In this document: positions 41,893-54,417 of the stretch, in pieces
Layout: each line of letters starts with the position of its first letter
Numbering within the stretch: position 1 is the first letter of the stretch
DNA from: Paludibacter sp.
Lineage (GTDB): Bacteria; Bacteroidota; Bacteroidia; Bacteroidales; Paludibacteraceae
Assembly (NCBI GenBank): GCA_028692715.1
Contig: JAQUWU010000002.1
Span: 23,437-87,436, forward strand
Length of the DNA stretch: 64,000 nt
Direction: 5' to 3'
Made by a program: the position numbers and the translations under genes
The notes under the pieces: model-generated
Told to the model about the DNA's origin: nothing
What the model saw: the letters and a program-made list of their open reading frames with translations, nothing else
Database searches by the model: none

Positions 41893-42420
41893 ATGAAAAA
41901 GGAAGATAAAAGCGCTATTATAAAACAACTTGAGTCAACTCTCAATGAGTACGCTCACTTCTATTTAACTGATATAGGCGGTTTAAATTCAGCCCAAACC
42001 AGTGATTTAAGAAGAGCATGCTACAAAGAAGATGTAAGACTTGTGGTTGTGAAAAATACATTGCTACAAAAAGCACTTGAAAGCTCATCAATTGATTTTA
42101 GTGAACTTTATGGATCTCTTAAAGGTGAAACGTCATTAATGCTTTCGAATCAGGCTAATGTGCCTGCGAAACTTATTAGTGATTTCAGTAAACAAAAAAG
42201 CAACAAGCTTAAGAAACCTATTCTGAAAGCTGCTTATGTTGAAGAAAGTTTCTACATTGGAGAGAACTATCTGGAAGCACTTATCCACGTGAAGAGCAAA
42301 AACGAACTTCTTGGCGAAATTATCGGATTGTTACAATCCCCTGCTAAGAATGTTATATCCGCACTCCAAACTGGAGGAACTACAATTCATGGCGTGTTGA
42401 AAACACTGTCGGAAAGATAA
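41893..42420 (+). CDS. rplJ: 50S ribosomal protein L10
   Basis: 175 aa. Confidence 0.95.
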   Translation: MKKEDKSAIIKQLESTLNEYAHFYLTDIGGLNSAQTSDLRRACYKEDVRLVVVKNTLLQKALESSSIDFSELYGSLKGETSLMLSNQANVPAKLISDFSKQKSNKLKKPILKAAYVEESFYIGENYLEALIHVKSKNELLGEIIGLLQSPAKNVISALQTGGTTIHGVLKTLSER

Positions 42421-42466
42421 TTTATCGTATTAATAAAAAAAACAAAATTATAAAAAAATAAGTAAA

Positions 42467-42841
42467 ATGGCAGATTTGAAAGCTTTTGCAGAACAATTGG
42501 TTAACTTAACAGTTAAAGAAGTAAATGAGTTAGCTCAAATTTTGAAAGATGAATATGGTATTGAACCAGCTGCTGCAGCTGTTGCTGTTGCTGCAGGTCC
42601 TGCAGCTGCTGCTGAAGTAGCAGAAGAAAAAACATCTTTCGATGTAGTATTGAAAGCAGCCGGTCCTAATAAATTGGCAATTGTTAAATTAGTAAAAGAA
42701 TTAACTGGTCTTGGCTTGAAAGAAGCTAAAGATATGGTAGATGCTGCTCCTTCAGTAATTAAAGAAGGTGTAACTAAAGACGAAGCTGAAGCCTTGAAAA
42801 AACAACTCGTAGAAGGCGGAGCTGAAGTTGAACTTAAATAA
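42467..42841 (+). CDS. rplL: 50S ribosomal protein L7/L12
   Basis: 124 aa. Ala-rich hinge [21 protein letters not shown]. Confidence 0.97.
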   Translation: MADLKAFAEQLVNLTVKEVNELAQILKDEYGIEPAAAAVAVAAGPAAAAEVAEEKTSFDVVLKAAGPNKLAIVKLVKELTGLGLKEAKDMVDAAPSVIKEGVTKDEAEALKKQLVEGGAEVELK

Positions 42842-42846
42842 TAAAT

Positions 42847-42910
42847 CCTGATTATCAGGTCTTTGGTTTAGATTCCCTCATGATGAGGGATTCTAAACCT
42901 TTTTCTGTCT
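42847..42910 (+). promoter_or_regulatory. rplL-rpoB intergenic attenuator: short hairpin CCTGATTATCAGG, then a 16-bp-stem hairpin GGTTTAGATTCCCTCAT/ATGAGGGATTCTAAACC + T5
   Basis: Strong stem-loop followed by a T-run in the classical L7/L12-rpoB attenuator position. Confidence 0.6.
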
Positions 42911-42953
42911 ATAAAATAATTGAGTTCATCGCACCCAAATAACCTCTTTGAAA

Positions 42954-45900
42954 ATGTCTTCAATAACAAAAGCTCAAAGAATAAATTTTGCTTCTATTAA
43001 AAATCAGTTAGAATATCCTGATTTTTTGGAAGTTCAATTAAAATCTTTCCATGACTTTTTTCAAATGGACACTGCTCCAGAAAAAAGAAAATCAGAAGGT
43101 TTGTATAAGGTCTTTTCCGAAAACTTTCCTATCGCTGATACCCGAAATAATTTCATCCTCGAATTTCTTGATTATTACGTTGACCCACCACGTTATTCGA
43201 TTGATGAATGTGTTGAACGCGGATTAACTTACAGCGTTCCATTAAAAGCTAAATTAAAACTATATTGTACCGACCCAGATCACGAAGATTTTGATACAGT
43301 GATTCAGGATGTATATTTGGGACCTATTCCTTATATGACTGCAAAAGGTACATTTGTTATTAATGGTGCTGAACGTGTTATTGTATCTCAATTACACCGT
43401 TCACCTGGTGTGTTCTTTGGTCAGAGCATACATGCCAATGGTACTAAACTTTATTCAGCCCGTATTATTCCTTTTAGAGGATCGTGGATTGAATTTGCAA
43501 CGGACATCAACAATGTGATGTACGCATATATCGATCGTAAGAAAAAACTTCCGGTAACTACTTTGCTTCGTGCTATTGGCTTCGAAAGCGATAAAGATAT
43601 TTTGGAAATTTTCAATCTTGCCGAAGAAATAAAAGTAAATAAAACAAGTCTTAAAAAAGCCATCGGTCAAAAACTGGCTGCCCGCGTTTTGAAAACTTGG
43701 GTGGAAGATTTTGTAGATGAAGATACCGGTGAGGTGGTGACTATCGAACGTAATGAAGTAGTCATCGACCGTGAAACCATTATTGAAGCCAGTCATATCG
43801 ACGAAATTCTTGAATCCGGTACGGCAACAATTTTACTTCACAAAACTGATGCAAATCAAAGCGATTATGCCATCATTTATAATACGCTTCAGAAAGACCC
43901 TAGTAACTCTGAGAAAGAAGCTGTATTGTATATTTATCGTCAGCTGCGTAATGCAGTTCCTGCCGATGATTCTACAGCACGTGAAGTTATCAATAACTTA
44001 TTTTTCTCCGAAAAACGTTACGATTTAGGTGATGTAGGTCGTTTCCGTATTAATCGGAAATTAAATCTCAATACAAGTCCGGATATTAAAGTATTAACAA
44101 AAGAAGATATTATTGAAATTATCAAATATCTTATTGAGTTAATCAACTCTAAAGCCGATGTGGATGATATTGACCACTTAAGTAACCGTCGTGTACGTAC
44201 AGTAGGCGAACAACTATATAATCAGTTTGGTGTTGGTTTATCACGTATGGCACGTACAATTCGTGAACGTATGAATGTGCGCGATAACGAGGTATTTACA
44301 CCAATTGATCTGATCAATGCAAAAAGTATTTCTTCTGTAATCAATTCCTTCTTCGGAACGAATGCTCTTTCTCAGTTTATGGATCAACAAAACCCATTGG
44401 CTGAGATTACTCACAAACGTCGTATGTCTGCACTCGGGCCTGGCGGTTTATCACGTGAGCGTGCAGGTTTCGAAGTACGTGACGTACACTATACGCACTA
44501 CGGTCGTTTGTGTCCGATTGAAACTCCTGAAGGACCAAATATCGGTTTGATTTCTTCTTTGTGTATTTATGCAAAGATCAATGAACTTGGATTTATTGAA
44601 ACACCATATCGGAAAGTAAATGATTCAGTAGTAGATATTTCGGAAAATGGAATAGAATACTTTACTGCTGAAGAAGAAGAAAATTTAATTATTGCTCAAG
44701 GTAATGCTCCTTTGGACGAAAAAGGTAAATTTATTCGTTCAAAAGTGAAATCACGTAAAGGTGCTGATTTTCCAGTAATTGGACCAGAGGAAGTTGATTT
44801 AATGGATGTTTCTCCATCTCAAATTGCTTCTATCGCAGCAGCCTTGATTCCTTTCCTTGAACATGATGATGCGAACCGTGCTTTGATGGGCTCGAACATG
44901 ATGCGCCAAGCAGTGCCTTTGTTGCGTTGCGAAGCTCCTATTGTTGGTACCGGTATTGAAGCGCAGTTAATTCGGGATTCACGCACACAGATTGCCGCTG
45001 AAGGTGAAGGTGTTGTTGAATTTGTAGATGCAACTTGTATAAAAATTCTTTACGAACGTACCGAAGAAGAAGAATTTGTAAGCTTCGATACAGCTGTAAA
45101 AGAATATAAATTACCAAAATTCCAGAAAACCAACCAAAATACAACCATCGACTTACGTCCAATTGTTGGAAGAGGTGAAGTTGTTCATGCCGGTCAAATT
45201 CTGACAGAAGGTTATGCAACTCAAAATGGTGAATTGGCTATTGGTAAAAACCTGAAAGTGGCTTTCATGCCTTGGAAAGGTTATAACTTTGAGGATGCGA
45301 TTGTAATTAACGAACGTGTGGTACGTGAAGATATCTTTACTTCTATCCATGTGGTTGAACAATTGTTGGATGTTCGCGAAACAAAACGTGGTGTGGAAGA
45401 ATTTACTTCTGACATTCCTAATGTTAGTGAAGAAGCAACTAAAGATCTTGACGAAAACGGTATTATCCGTATCGGTGCACGCATTGAGCCGGGCGATATC
45501 ATTATTGGTAAGATTACTCCAAAAGGAGAATCGGATCCATCACCGGAAGAAAAATTGCTTCGCGCCATTTTTGGTGATAAAGCAGGAGATGTGAAAGATG
45601 CTTCGTTGAAAGCAACTCCATCGTTATCCGGAGTCGTTATCGGAAAACGGTTGTTCTCTAAAGCTCAGAAAAATCGTAAATCGAAACTGGCTGATAAAGC
45701 TGTTCTTCCAAAATTAGACGAAGAATTTGAAAACCAGGCAGCTATTTTACGGAATACTTTGGTTGAAAAACTGATTGAACTTCTTGGAGACAAAACCTCG
45801 GCCGGAGTGAAAGATTTCTTAGGAACTGATATCATTTCCCGTAATAGCAAGTTCACTATCGAGCGTTTACGCGAAATTGATTATTCTGCCGTTCAGCTTA

Positions 45901-46766
45901 GCAAATGGACTACCGATTCACATAAAAATGACTTGGTAAAACAATTGATAATGAACTATCTGAGAAAATACAAAGAATTAGATGCTCAAATCAAGCGTCA
46001 GAAATTCAATATCACTATTGGGGATGAACTTCCAAACGGAATTGTTCAGATAGCAAAGGTATATATTGCCAAAAAACGTAAAATCCGTGTTGGTGATAAA
46101 ATGGCAGGACGTCATGGTAACAAAGGTATTGTTTCGCGTATCGTTCGTCAGGAAGATATGCCATTCCTTGAAGACGGAACTCCTGTTGATATCGTGTTGA
46201 ACCCGCTTGGTGTACCTTCCCGTATGAACCTTGGACAGATTTTCGAAACTGTATTGGGTTGGGCAGGAAAAGAATTGGGTGTTACTTTTGCAACTCCAAT
46301 TTTTGATGGTGCCGTAATGGAAGATTTAGATATTTGGACCGAAAAAGCAGGCGTTCCCAATTATGGAAAGACCTATTTATATGATGGTGGAACAGGAGAG
46401 CGCTTCGACCAAACTGCAACTGTAGGGGTAATTTATATGTTGAAATTAGGCCACATGGTTGAAGATAAAATGCACGCTCGTTCTATCGGACCTTACTCAT
46501 TGATTACGCAACAGCCTCTTGGTGGTAAAGCACAATTTGGTGGTCAGCGTTTTGGAGAAATGGAGGTTTGGGCACTCGAAGCATTTGGTGCTGCTCATAT
46601 CTTGCAGGAAATCCTTACTGTGAAATCGGATGATGTTATGGGACGTGCCCGTACATACGAAGCAATAGTAAAAGGTGATCCAATGCCTGCACCGGGAATC
46701 CCTGAATCGCTCAACGTATTGTTGCACGAACTTCGTGGATTAGGATTGAGTATTAGTTTGGATTAA
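42954..46766 (+). CDS. rpoB: DNA-directed RNA polymerase subunit beta
   Basis: About 1270 aa. ATG at 42954 (the track's TTG at 42948 is 2 codons upstream). Confidence 0.98.
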   Translation: MSSITKAQRINFASIKNQLEYPDFLEVQLKSFHDFFQMDTAPEKRKSEGLYKVFSENFPIADTRNNFILEFLDYYVDPPRYSIDECVERGLTYSVPLKAKLKLYCTDPDHEDFDTVIQDVYLGPIPYMTAKGTFVINGAERVIVSQLHRSPGVFFGQSIHANGTKLYSARIIPFRGSWIEFATDINNVMYAYIDRKKKLPVTTLLRAIGFESDKDILEIFNLAEEIKVNKTSLKKAIGQKLAARVLKTWVEDFVDEDTGEVVTIERNEVVIDRETIIEASHIDEILESGTATILLHKTDANQSDYAIIYNTLQKDPSNSEKEAVLYIYRQLRNAVPADDSTAREVINNLFFSEKRYDLGDVGRFRINRKLNLNTSPDIKVLTKEDIIEIIKYLIELINSKADVDDIDHLSNRRVRTVGEQLYNQFGVGLSRMARTIRERMNVRDNEVFTPIDLINAKSISSVINSFFGTNALSQFMDQQNPLAEITHKRRMSALGPGGLSRERAGFEVRDVHYTHYGRLCPIETPEGPNIGLISSLCIYAKINELGFIETPYRKVNDSVVDISENGIEYFTAEEEENLIIAQGNAPLDEKGKFIRSKVKSRKGADFPVIGPEEVDLMDVSPSQIASIAAALIPFLEHDDANRALMGSNMMRQAVPLLRCEAPIVGTGIEAQLIRDSRTQIAAEGEGVVEFVDATCIKILYERTEEEEFVSFDTAVKEYKLPKFQKTNQNTTIDLRPIVGRGEVVHAGQILTEGYATQNGELAIGKNLKVAFMPWKGYNFEDAIVINERVVREDIFTSIHVVEQLLDVRETKRGVEEFTSDIPNVSEEATKDLDENGIIRIGARIEPGDIIIGKITPKGESDPSPEEKLLRAIFGDKAGDVKDASLKATPSLSGVVIGKRLFSKAQKNRKSKLADKAVLPKLDEEFENQAAILRNTLVEKLIELLGDKTSAGVKDFLGTDIISRNSKFTIERLREIDYSAVQLSKWTTDSHKNDLVKQLIMNYLRKYKELDAQIKRQKFNITIGDELPNGIVQIAKVYIAKKRKIRVGDKMAGRHGNKGIVSRIVRQEDMPFLEDGTPVDIVLNPLGVPSRMNLGQIFETVLGWAGKELGVTFATPIFDGAVMEDLDIWTEKAGVPNYGKTYLYDGGTGERFDQTATVGVIYMLKLGHMVEDKMHARSIGPYSLITQQPLGGKAQFGGQRFGEMEVWALEAFGAAHILQEILTVKSDDVMGRARTYEAIVKGDPMPAPGIPESLNVLLHELRGLGLSISLD

Positions 46767-46851
46767 ATATATCAAAATTCCTTACGGGAACTTGAAATCT
46801 TTTATTCCAATTGTAAATTATCAATTGTAAATTGTAAATCAAAAAAAAGTT

Positions 46852-49800
46852 ATGGCTTTTAAAAATGATAATAAGGTAAAGAGTAGTTTTAATAAAATTT
46901 CTATCGGTCTTGCATCGCCCGAAGAAATATTAAAATTATCGAGTGGTGAGGTTCTCAAACCTGAAACCATTAATTACCGTACATATAAACCCGAACGCGA
47001 TGGTTTGTTTTGCGAACGCATTTTTGGTCCTACCAAGGATTTCGAATGTCATTGCGGAAAATACAAACGTATCCGTTACAAAGGCATTGTCTGCGACCGT
47101 TGTGGAGTAGAAGTGACCGAGAAAAAAGTTCGTCGTGAACGTATGGGACACATTCAGTTGGTAGTTCCTGTAGCTCACATTTGGTATTTCCGTTCATTAC
47201 CGAATAAAATCGGTTATCTATTGGGGATGCCTACTAAAAAGCTTGATTCAATTATTTATTACGAAAAATACGTGATTATTCAGGGTGGAATTCTTGAAAA
47301 CGGAGAAAATATCACCTTGGGTGAATTACTTTCCGAAGATGAATACTTGGATATTCTGGAAGCACTTCCACGCGAAAATCAACTGTTGGATGACACTGAT
47401 CCTGAAAAATTCATTGCGAAAATGGGTGCGGATGCTATTCATGATTTGTTGAGCCGTTTGGATTTGGATGCTTTATCGTACGATTTGCGTCACAAAGCAA
47501 ACAACGATACATCACAGCAACGTAAAAACGAAGCATTGAAACGTCTACAAATAGTTGAGTCGTTCCGTGCATCGAAATTACGCAACAAGCCGGAATGGAT
47601 GATTATTAAAATCGTTCCTGTAATTCCACCGGAATTACGTCCGTTAGTACCATTGGATGGTGGCCGTTTTGCTACTTCCGATTTGAACGATTTGTATCGT
47701 AGGGTAATTATTCGTAATAACCGTTTGAAACGATTAATTGAAATTAAAGCTCCTGAAGTAATCTTACGTAACGAAAAACGTATGTTACAGGAGTCGGTAG
47801 ATTCTTTGTTCGACAATTCACGTAAATCGAGTGCTGTGAAAACTGACGCAAACCGTCCGTTAAAATCACTTTCCGATTCGTTGAAAGGTAAACAAGGTCG
47901 TTTCCGTCAGAATTTGTTAGGAAAACGTGTGGATTATTCGGCTCGTTCGGTAATCGTTGTCGGTCCTGAATTGAAAATGCACGAATGCGGTATACCAAAA
48001 GATATGGCCGCAGAACTATACAAACCCTTTGTTATTCGTAAACTGATTGAACGTGGAATTGTAAAAACAGTAAAATCAGCGAAAAAAATTGTTGATCGCA
48101 AAGATCCTGTAATTTGGGATATCTTAGAGTATGTAATGAGAGGTCATCCTGTATTACTAAACCGTGCTCCAACACTTCACCGTTTAGGTATTCAGGCATT
48201 CCAGCCAAAAATGATAGAAGGAAAAGCTATTCAGCTTCACCCACTTGCATGTACCGCTTTCAATGCCGACTTTGATGGTGACCAGATGGCAGTTCACTTA
48301 CCACTTGGTAATGAGGCAATTCTAGAAGCACAAATGTTGATGCTTGCTTCACATAATATTTTGAATCCGGCCAATGGTGCTCCTATTACCGTTCCTTCAC
48401 AGGACATGGTTCTTGGTTTGTATTATATTACAAAGCCACGTAAAGGTGTAGTGGGCGAAGGTTTGGTTTTCTATTCACCTGAAGAGGCTGAAATTGCATA
48501 CAACGAGAAGAAAGTTTCACTGCATGCATGGATCAAAGTAAGAACGTTGGATTTGAATAAAGAAGGTAATCTTGAATTGCAACTAATAGAAACTACTGTC
48601 GGTCGTATATTATTTAATAAATGTGTTCCACCGGAAGTAGGTTATATCAATGAATTACTTTCAAAAAAATCATTGCGTGATATTATCGGTAACGTAATTG
48701 ATATTTGCGGAGTAGCTCGTACAGCTGCTTTTCTTGATGATATTAAGGATTTAGGTTACTATATGGCTTTCAAAGGTGGATTATCATTCAATCTGAATGA
48801 CGTTATTATCCCACCTGAAAAAGAAATATTGGTAAAAGAAGGTAATGCTGAAGTGGAAGAAATTTTGAATAACTATAATATGGGATTCATTACTTTCAAC
48901 GAACGTTACAATCAGATTATCGATACATGGACACACGTAAACTCTAAGTTGTCGAACATTTTGATGAAACAACTTTCTACAGATAATCAGGGATTCAACT
49001 CTGTATACATGATGTTGGATTCGGGAGCTCGTGGATCTAAAGAACAGATTCGTCAGTTGTCCGGTATGCGTGGTTTGATGGCAAAACCTCAAAAGTCAGG
49101 AGCTGAAGGTGGTCAGATTATTGAAAACCCTATTCTTTCGAACTTTAAAGAAGGACTTTCGGTGTTGGAATACTTTATTTCAACTCACGGTGCTCGTAAA
49201 GGTTTGGCGGATACGGCTTTGAAAACGGCTGATGCAGGTTACTTAACCCGTCGTTTGGTGGATGTATCACAGGATGTGATCATTAACGAAGACGACTGTG
49301 GTACATTACGTGGTTTGATAGCTACAGAAATGAAAAACAACGAAGACGTAATTTCTTCACTTTACGAACGTATTTTGGGTCGTGTTTCTGTACACGATAT
49401 TCAAAATCCGCTTACCGGTGAACATATTGTATCTTCCGGAGAACAGATAACAGAAACATTAGCCAGAAAGATTCAGGATTCACCGATCGAACGTGTTGAA
49501 ATTCGCTCGGTATTAACCTGTGAGTCGAAAAAAGGTGTTTGTGCAAAGTGTTACGGACGTAACCTTGCTACCGGTAAAATGGTACATCTGGGCGAAGCGG
49601 TTGGTGTTATTGCTGCTCAGTCAATTGGTGAGCCGGGAACACAGCTGACTCTTCGTACATTCCACGTCGGTGGTATTGCGTCGAACATTGCTGCAGAATC
49701 AAAAATCTTATTGCGTTATGATGGCCGTCTGGAATTTGATGAACTTCGTACAGTAGATGCAATAGATGAAGAAAAGACAACTCACCAGGTGGTAGTAAGC

Positions 49801-51147
49801 CGTTTGGCTGAAATGCGTGTGATTGATACAAATACCGGTATTGCACTTACCACTCAGAATATCCCTTACGGATCGAAATTATACGTAAAAGAAGGTGATC
49901 TTGGAACAAAAGGTCAGTTGGTCTGCGAATGGGATCCTTTTAATGCCGTAATTATTTCTGAAACAGAAGGTAAAATTGAATTCGAAGATGTAGTTGAAAA
50001 TCAGACATTCAAAACTGAAACTGATGAAGCAACCGGATTGCTTGAGAAAATTATTGTTGAGTCAAAAGACCGTAATAGAATGCCGAGCGCGCACATTGTT
50101 TCAAAAGATGGATCTATTCTTCGTACCTATAACTTACCAGTGGGTGCTCACCTTGTATTAGATAACGGTGACAAAATCAAAACAGGACAGATGTTGGTAA
50201 AAATCCCGCGTGCCGTAGGAAAAGCAGGTGATATTACCGGTGGTCTTCCACGTGTAACTGAATTGTTCGAAGCTCGTAACCCATCGAATCCAGCTGTAGT
50301 TGCCGAAATTGATGGTGAAGTAACCTTCGGGAAAATTAAACGTGGTAACCGCGAATTGATTGTGACTTCGAAAACGGGTGAAATAAAGAAATATATGATT
50401 GCTCTTTCGAAACAAATTCTTGTACAAGAAAATGACTTCGTTCGTGCAGGAACACCACTTTCAGAAGGTGCAACCACTCCATCGGATATTTTATTGATTA
50501 AAGGACCTACAGCAGTTCAGGATTATATCGTGAACGAAGTACAGGACGTGTATCGTCTGCAGGGTGTGAAAATCAATGATAAACACTTCGAAGTTATTGT
50601 ACGTCAGATGATGCGTAAAGTAGAAATACTTGACCAGGGTGATACCCGTTTCCTTGAAAAACAAATCGTTGATAAAAATGATTTTATGGAAGAAAATGAT
50701 CGTATATGGGGCAAAAAGGTGATTTTAGATGCCGGTGATTCTGTAACAATGAAACCGGGTCAGATTATCACTCCACGTAAACTCCGTGATGAAAACAGTA
50801 TGCTGAAACGTCGTGATATGAAACTTGTTTCTACTCGCGATGCAATAGCTGCTACTTCAAATCAGATTCTACAGGGAATTACCCGTGCTGCATTACAAAC
50901 TACCAGCTTCTTCTCGGCTGCTTCGTTCCAGGAAACTACAAAAGTACTGAACGATGCTGCTATCAATGGAAAAGTTGACAAGCTGGAAGGCTTGAAAGAA
51001 AATGTAATCTGTGGTCACTTAATTCCAGCAGGTACCGGACAACGTGAATTCGATAAAATTGTGGTTTACTCGCGTGACGAGTACGACAAAAAAGTGGATG
51101 CACGTCGAAATGTATTGGATATGGATAGCGAAGGTTCGGAAGAATGA
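46852..51147 (+). CDS. rpoC: DNA-directed RNA polymerase subunit beta'
   Basis: 1431 aa. Zn-finger [20 protein letters not shown]. Catalytic NADFDGD. Confidence 0.98.
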   Translation: MAFKNDNKVKSSFNKISIGLASPEEILKLSSGEVLKPETINYRTYKPERDGLFCERIFGPTKDFECHCGKYKRIRYKGIVCDRCGVEVTEKKVRRERMGHIQLVVPVAHIWYFRSLPNKIGYLLGMPTKKLDSIIYYEKYVIIQGGILENGENITLGELLSEDEYLDILEALPRENQLLDDTDPEKFIAKMGADAIHDLLSRLDLDALSYDLRHKANNDTSQQRKNEALKRLQIVESFRASKLRNKPEWMIIKIVPVIPPELRPLVPLDGGRFATSDLNDLYRRVIIRNNRLKRLIEIKAPEVILRNEKRMLQESVDSLFDNSRKSSAVKTDANRPLKSLSDSLKGKQGRFRQNLLGKRVDYSARSVIVVGPELKMHECGIPKDMAAELYKPFVIRKLIERGIVKTVKSAKKIVDRKDPVIWDILEYVMRGHPVLLNRAPTLHRLGIQAFQPKMIEGKAIQLHPLACTAFNADFDGDQMAVHLPLGNEAILEAQMLMLASHNILNPANGAPITVPSQDMVLGLYYITKPRKGVVGEGLVFYSPEEAEIAYNEKKVSLHAWIKVRTLDLNKEGNLELQLIETTVGRILFNKCVPPEVGYINELLSKKSLRDIIGNVIDICGVARTAAFLDDIKDLGYYMAFKGGLSFNLNDVIIPPEKEILVKEGNAEVEEILNNYNMGFITFNERYNQIIDTWTHVNSKLSNILMKQLSTDNQGFNSVYMMLDSGARGSKEQIRQLSGMRGLMAKPQKSGAEGGQIIENPILSNFKEGLSVLEYFISTHGARKGLADTALKTADAGYLTRRLVDVSQDVIINEDDCGTLRGLIATEMKNNEDVISSLYERILGRVSVHDIQNPLTGEHIVSSGEQITETLARKIQDSPIERVEIRSVLTCESKKGVCAKCYGRNLATGKMVHLGEAVGVIAAQSIGEPGTQLTLRTFHVGGIASNIAAESKILLRYDGRLEFDELRTVDAIDEEKTTHQVVVSRLAEMRVIDTNTGIALTTQNIPYGSKLYVKEGDLGTKGQLVCEWDPFNAVIISETEGKIEFEDVVENQTFKTETDEATGLLEKIIVESKDRNRMPSAHIVSKDGSILRTYNLPVGAHLVLDNGDKIKTGQMLVKIPRAVGKAGDITGGLPRVTELFEARNPSNPAVVAEIDGEVTFGKIKRGNRELIVTSKTGEIKKYMIALSKQILVQENDFVRAGTPLSEGATTPSDILLIKGPTAVQDYIVNEVQDVYRLQGVKINDKHFEVIVRQMMRKVEILDQGDTRFLEKQIVDKNDFMEENDRIWGKKVILDAGDSVTMKPGQIITPRKLRDENSMLKRRDMKLVSTRDAIAATSNQILQGITRAALQTTSFFSAASFQETTKVLNDAAINGKVDKLEGLKENVICGHLIPAGTGQREFDKIVVYSRDEYDKKVDARRNVLDMDSEGSEE

Positions 51148-51162
51148 AACGAACATTATAAC

Positions 51163-51207
51163 TCAAAAAAAACCGGATAACTTGTAACAGTTATTCGGTT
51201 TTTTTAG
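51163..51207 (+). terminator. rpoC terminator
   Basis: AAAAAAAACCGGATAACTTGTAACAGTTATTCGGTTTTTTT. Confidence 0.7.
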
Positions 51208-51240
51208 TATTACTATTAAATCGTCAAAGGGAATATTATT

Positions 51241-51609
51241 GTAAGCATCCCAAATCAACCGTATTGTTTTGCACAAAAAAAAACGGACTATCATTAGAAT
51301 TTCTCTAGATAGTCCGTTTTATATTTTTGGTTATAGTTTCGGTAGAAACTCCTCCCAGTTTATTGGAGTTCTCAGTTTAGGAATTTTCTCCAGTGTTGTA
51401 GTTAACCATTTGTGTGGTTCAACACCAGCTTGCAGGCAGCTGCCTAATAGTGTGTAGAAAATGCAATTATCTTCCGCACCGCTGTCATTGCCTGAGAACA
51501 GGTAATTCTTTCGACCGAGTGTGATTGGTCGAATGGAATTTTCTACACCATTGTTGTCGATATTGAAATATCCTTCTGTACCTACATGAGGACTTTTGTG
51601 AGTTATCAC
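51241..51609 (-). mobile_element. IS66-family element remnant: 3' end of the transposase (TnpC C-terminal about 90 aa), plus downstream hairpin and putative terminal repeat (GTAAGCATCC at 51241)
   Basis: Minus-strand ORF 51331-51609 reads ...GTEGYFNIDNNGVENSIRPITLGRKNYLFSGNDSGAEDNCIFYTLLGSCLQAGVEPHKWLTTTLEKIPKLRTPINWEEFLP. This matches the conserved IS66 TnpC C-terminus (IDNN..AEN.IRP...GRKN(W/Y)LF...YSLI.T.K.NG..P..YL..VL..I). The upstream part of the gene is absent. Confidence 0.7.
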
Positions 51610-52100
51610 TATCGTTGGAACGAGGAAGAGGCTTACAAGTTATTAAAGTGCAGAATTGAGTTAGAAGATTTCTCGGATAAAAGAGCCAAAGCAGTGAAGC
51701 AAGACTTTTTTGCAAAAGTCTTTTTAATGACACTTTGTGCAGCTTACACTTACCCGATTGACGAAAAGGTTCGGAAGGAATATAAAGCTGATGAGAACAG
51801 GAAACACGATCAAAAGATAAATAGGACAAATGCAATAGCAATGACAAAAGACATTTTGATTGCAGTATTTATCCTAAAAGAATATAAAAAAGCATTAGAG
51901 GCATTCGATGACGTTGTTTCCAAGACAAGAGAAATCATTCGACCAGGAAGATCCGTGGACAGAAATCATCGACCGAAAAAGCTTTACTCTATGAATTACA
52001 AAAAGTTATAGCTTATTACTAACTAAACGACATTGATATACAAATGATATACAAAAAAATAGAAATAGCCTGCTGCAGGCAGGTTCTATTTCTTTTGTCA
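51586..52100 (+). mobile_element. IS4/IS5-superfamily (DDE_Tnp_1) transposase C-terminal fragment abutting the IS66 remnant, with downstream hairpin
   Basis: Plus-strand ORF 51586-52011 reads ...VSYHYRWNEEEAYKLLKCRIELEDFSDKRAKAVKQDFFAKVFLMTLCAA. This is the characteristic Y..RW.IEE.F+.LK block carrying the DDE glutamate. It overlaps the IS66 fragment by about 20 bp on the opposite strand. Terminal hairpin AATAGAAATAGCCTGCTGCAGGCAGGTTCTATTTCT at about 52053-52090. Confidence 0.65.
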
Positions 52101-52330
52101 TGAAAAAGAATTTAACCAATAAACATCTTTTGTTCATTTAATACCGATTGGACAACCAATCTAGCTCAACTTTGATCCTGTCTTCTGCACTTGCCTGCGG
52201 CAAGCAGGGGCAAGTTTGTCTAATTGTTTTTACTACAATTTAATTGTTGTTAAAACATTGAACGTTTTTGAATCCTTAAAATTTAAAGTTGTTATCTTCG
52301 CAGATTCATAAACTTACTATAACAAAGCAA

Positions 52331-54053
52331 ATGGAAACTAAATTCTTTAAGACCTTTAATTCAAAAGGTTGCACACTTTTTTTTCTCGTTATTTTCCTCT
52401 TTTTTATTGATATAAACCTATCGGCAAGTCGGTTTAAAAAAAATACGGTGTACGTTATTAATTTGTCAGGGACTTTAATTGAAAACAAAGAACCGGATAA
52501 ATTTTCAGACATGCTACTGAAGATTATTGGACTGAAACCAAAGAATGAAATAGGTTTAAACGAAGTTTTAAAGAACCTGAAAATAGCTGCAGACGATCCG
52601 AAAGTCATTGGTATTTACCTCAAAAATGGTGATTTAAAGGCTGGTTATAGCGAACTTAAAGAGATCAGAGACGAATTGTTGAATTTTAAAAAAAACAGGG
52701 AAATTTATAGTCGCTTATGCCGATTTTTACAATCAAAATAACTATTATCTTGTTTCGTTGGCAGATAAAATTATGCTTAATCCCATTGGTTCAATCGATA
52801 TTAAAGGGTTATCAAGCACAACTCGGTTCTATAAAAATGCGGCTGATAAATTAGGTGTAGAAATGCAAGTGCTAAAAGTAGGAACTTATAAATCGGCTGT
52901 AGAACCATACCTATATACAAATATGAGTGAACCCAACCGCCAACAAGTTCAGGTTTTTCTTAACTCTATTTGGGGGAATGTGTCTGGTGAAATTGCTAAA
53001 GCAAGAAATTTGAATATCGACAGTTTAAATAAAATAGCTAATGAATTTAATGGGCTAAAACCTAGCGAAACGCTTATTCAAAAGCACTTGACCGACACGC
53101 TTGTATATATCGATGAAATAGATAGCATATTAAATCATTATGTCCCAGATAAAATTAAAATTGTAAAAGTAGATCACAATACTTTTAGTTCTAAAAACAG
53201 AAGAAGTAAAAGAAATAAAAATAAGATTGCGATAATTTATGCTGATGGAGAAATAGCGAAAGATGGTCCGGTAAACGCTAAAAATATGATTGTAATGTGC
53301 AACGAACTCGAAAGAAATGCATCGATCAAAGCCGTAGTCTTACGTGTGAATTCGCCAGGAGGAAGTGCTTTCGAATCGGAGAAAATATGGCGCGCGCTAA
53401 GTAAACTGAAAGAAAAAAAGCCTTTGGTGGTTTCAATGGCCAATTATGCCGCTTCAGGCGGTTATTATATTTCGTGCATGGCAAATGAAATTGTTGCACA
53501 ACCAACCACTATAACCGGTTCAATAGGTATTTTTGCTATTATTCCTAATATAAATAAGTTGAACGATAAAATAGGGTTGACTTACGATGGAGTAAGAACA
53601 AATGAGTTGAGCGATGGCTTTACAACTAACAGAGCACTTAGCGAAGTAGAACGAAATATGATGCAGCAGAATATAAATAGAGGATACAATCTGTTCGTGA
53701 AACGCTGTGCTGAAGGTCGGAAAATGACTGTTGATGAGATTGATACGATTGCTCAAGGTCGTGTGTGGACTGGCGAAGATGCATTGAAAATTGGATTGGT
53801 TGACAAATTGGGAGGTGTTAATGAGGCTTTTGCTGAAGCAGCAAAACTTGCAAAACTTGAGAACTTCCAAATTGTGAAAACTAAAATTAGAGGAGACGGA
53901 AATTCAGTAAGTTTGTCAAAAGTAAAATTGAATTTAGAGCAGGAGATGCTAAATAATAAATTAGGAGAATATTATCAATTATTTAAGGACATGAATGAAT
54001 TAGAATCAAAAGATAAAATTCAAGCTAAACTTATGTTTGATCTCGACAATTAA
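52331..54053 (+). pseudogene. sppA: signal peptide peptidase SppA (67K type, two ClpP-like domains) carrying a +1/-1 frameshift in an A8 homopolymer at 52688-52695. Either a genuine pseudogene/slippage site or a sequencing error.
   Basis: ORF track splits the gene (52289-52741 and 52758-54053). In the shifted frame the sequence reads continuously as NFKKTGKFIVAYADFYNQNNYYLVSLADKIMLNPIGSIDIKGL, the conserved SppA region. Removing one A restores a protein of about 574 aa. Confidence 0.6.
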
Positions 54054-54417
54054 CGTAGACTTAATTTTGAGTGTACTCCGAAAAGTTATTTCCGAATCTA
54101 CTTGATGTCAGACAGGTCTAAATTACACAATTGTCACAAATATACACAAAAATAAGTTTAGATATTACGTTGAAATATAGGCGTCTATGTCTTTGTGTCT
54201 TTCTGTGTTATTTGTGTCCTGTTTTTCTTCGGTGCGGACTCAATTTTGGAATTATAAAAAAGTTATTAACCTGAGAAAGTAAGCATAATTTTGTTTCCCA
54301 TGACGAAATTAACCCTTATTTTTTGTTATTCTATCATTTGGTGTACTCAAAAAAACGCAGTATCTTAGTGCAATATTTTAAAGGAATAAATAAAGTATCA
54401 CGATAACAAATAAAACT

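Noticed and set aside
43455-50477. Numerous 60-115-aa ORFs on both strands inside rpoB and rpoC
   Set aside because: All are embedded in, or antisense to, the universally conserved rpoB/rpoC frames.
51485-51847. 120-aa minus-strand ORF spanning the IS66/IS4 junction
   Set aside because: Runs antisense to the IS4-like transposase fragment, which has a recognisable conserved motif block. No homology-like features of its own.
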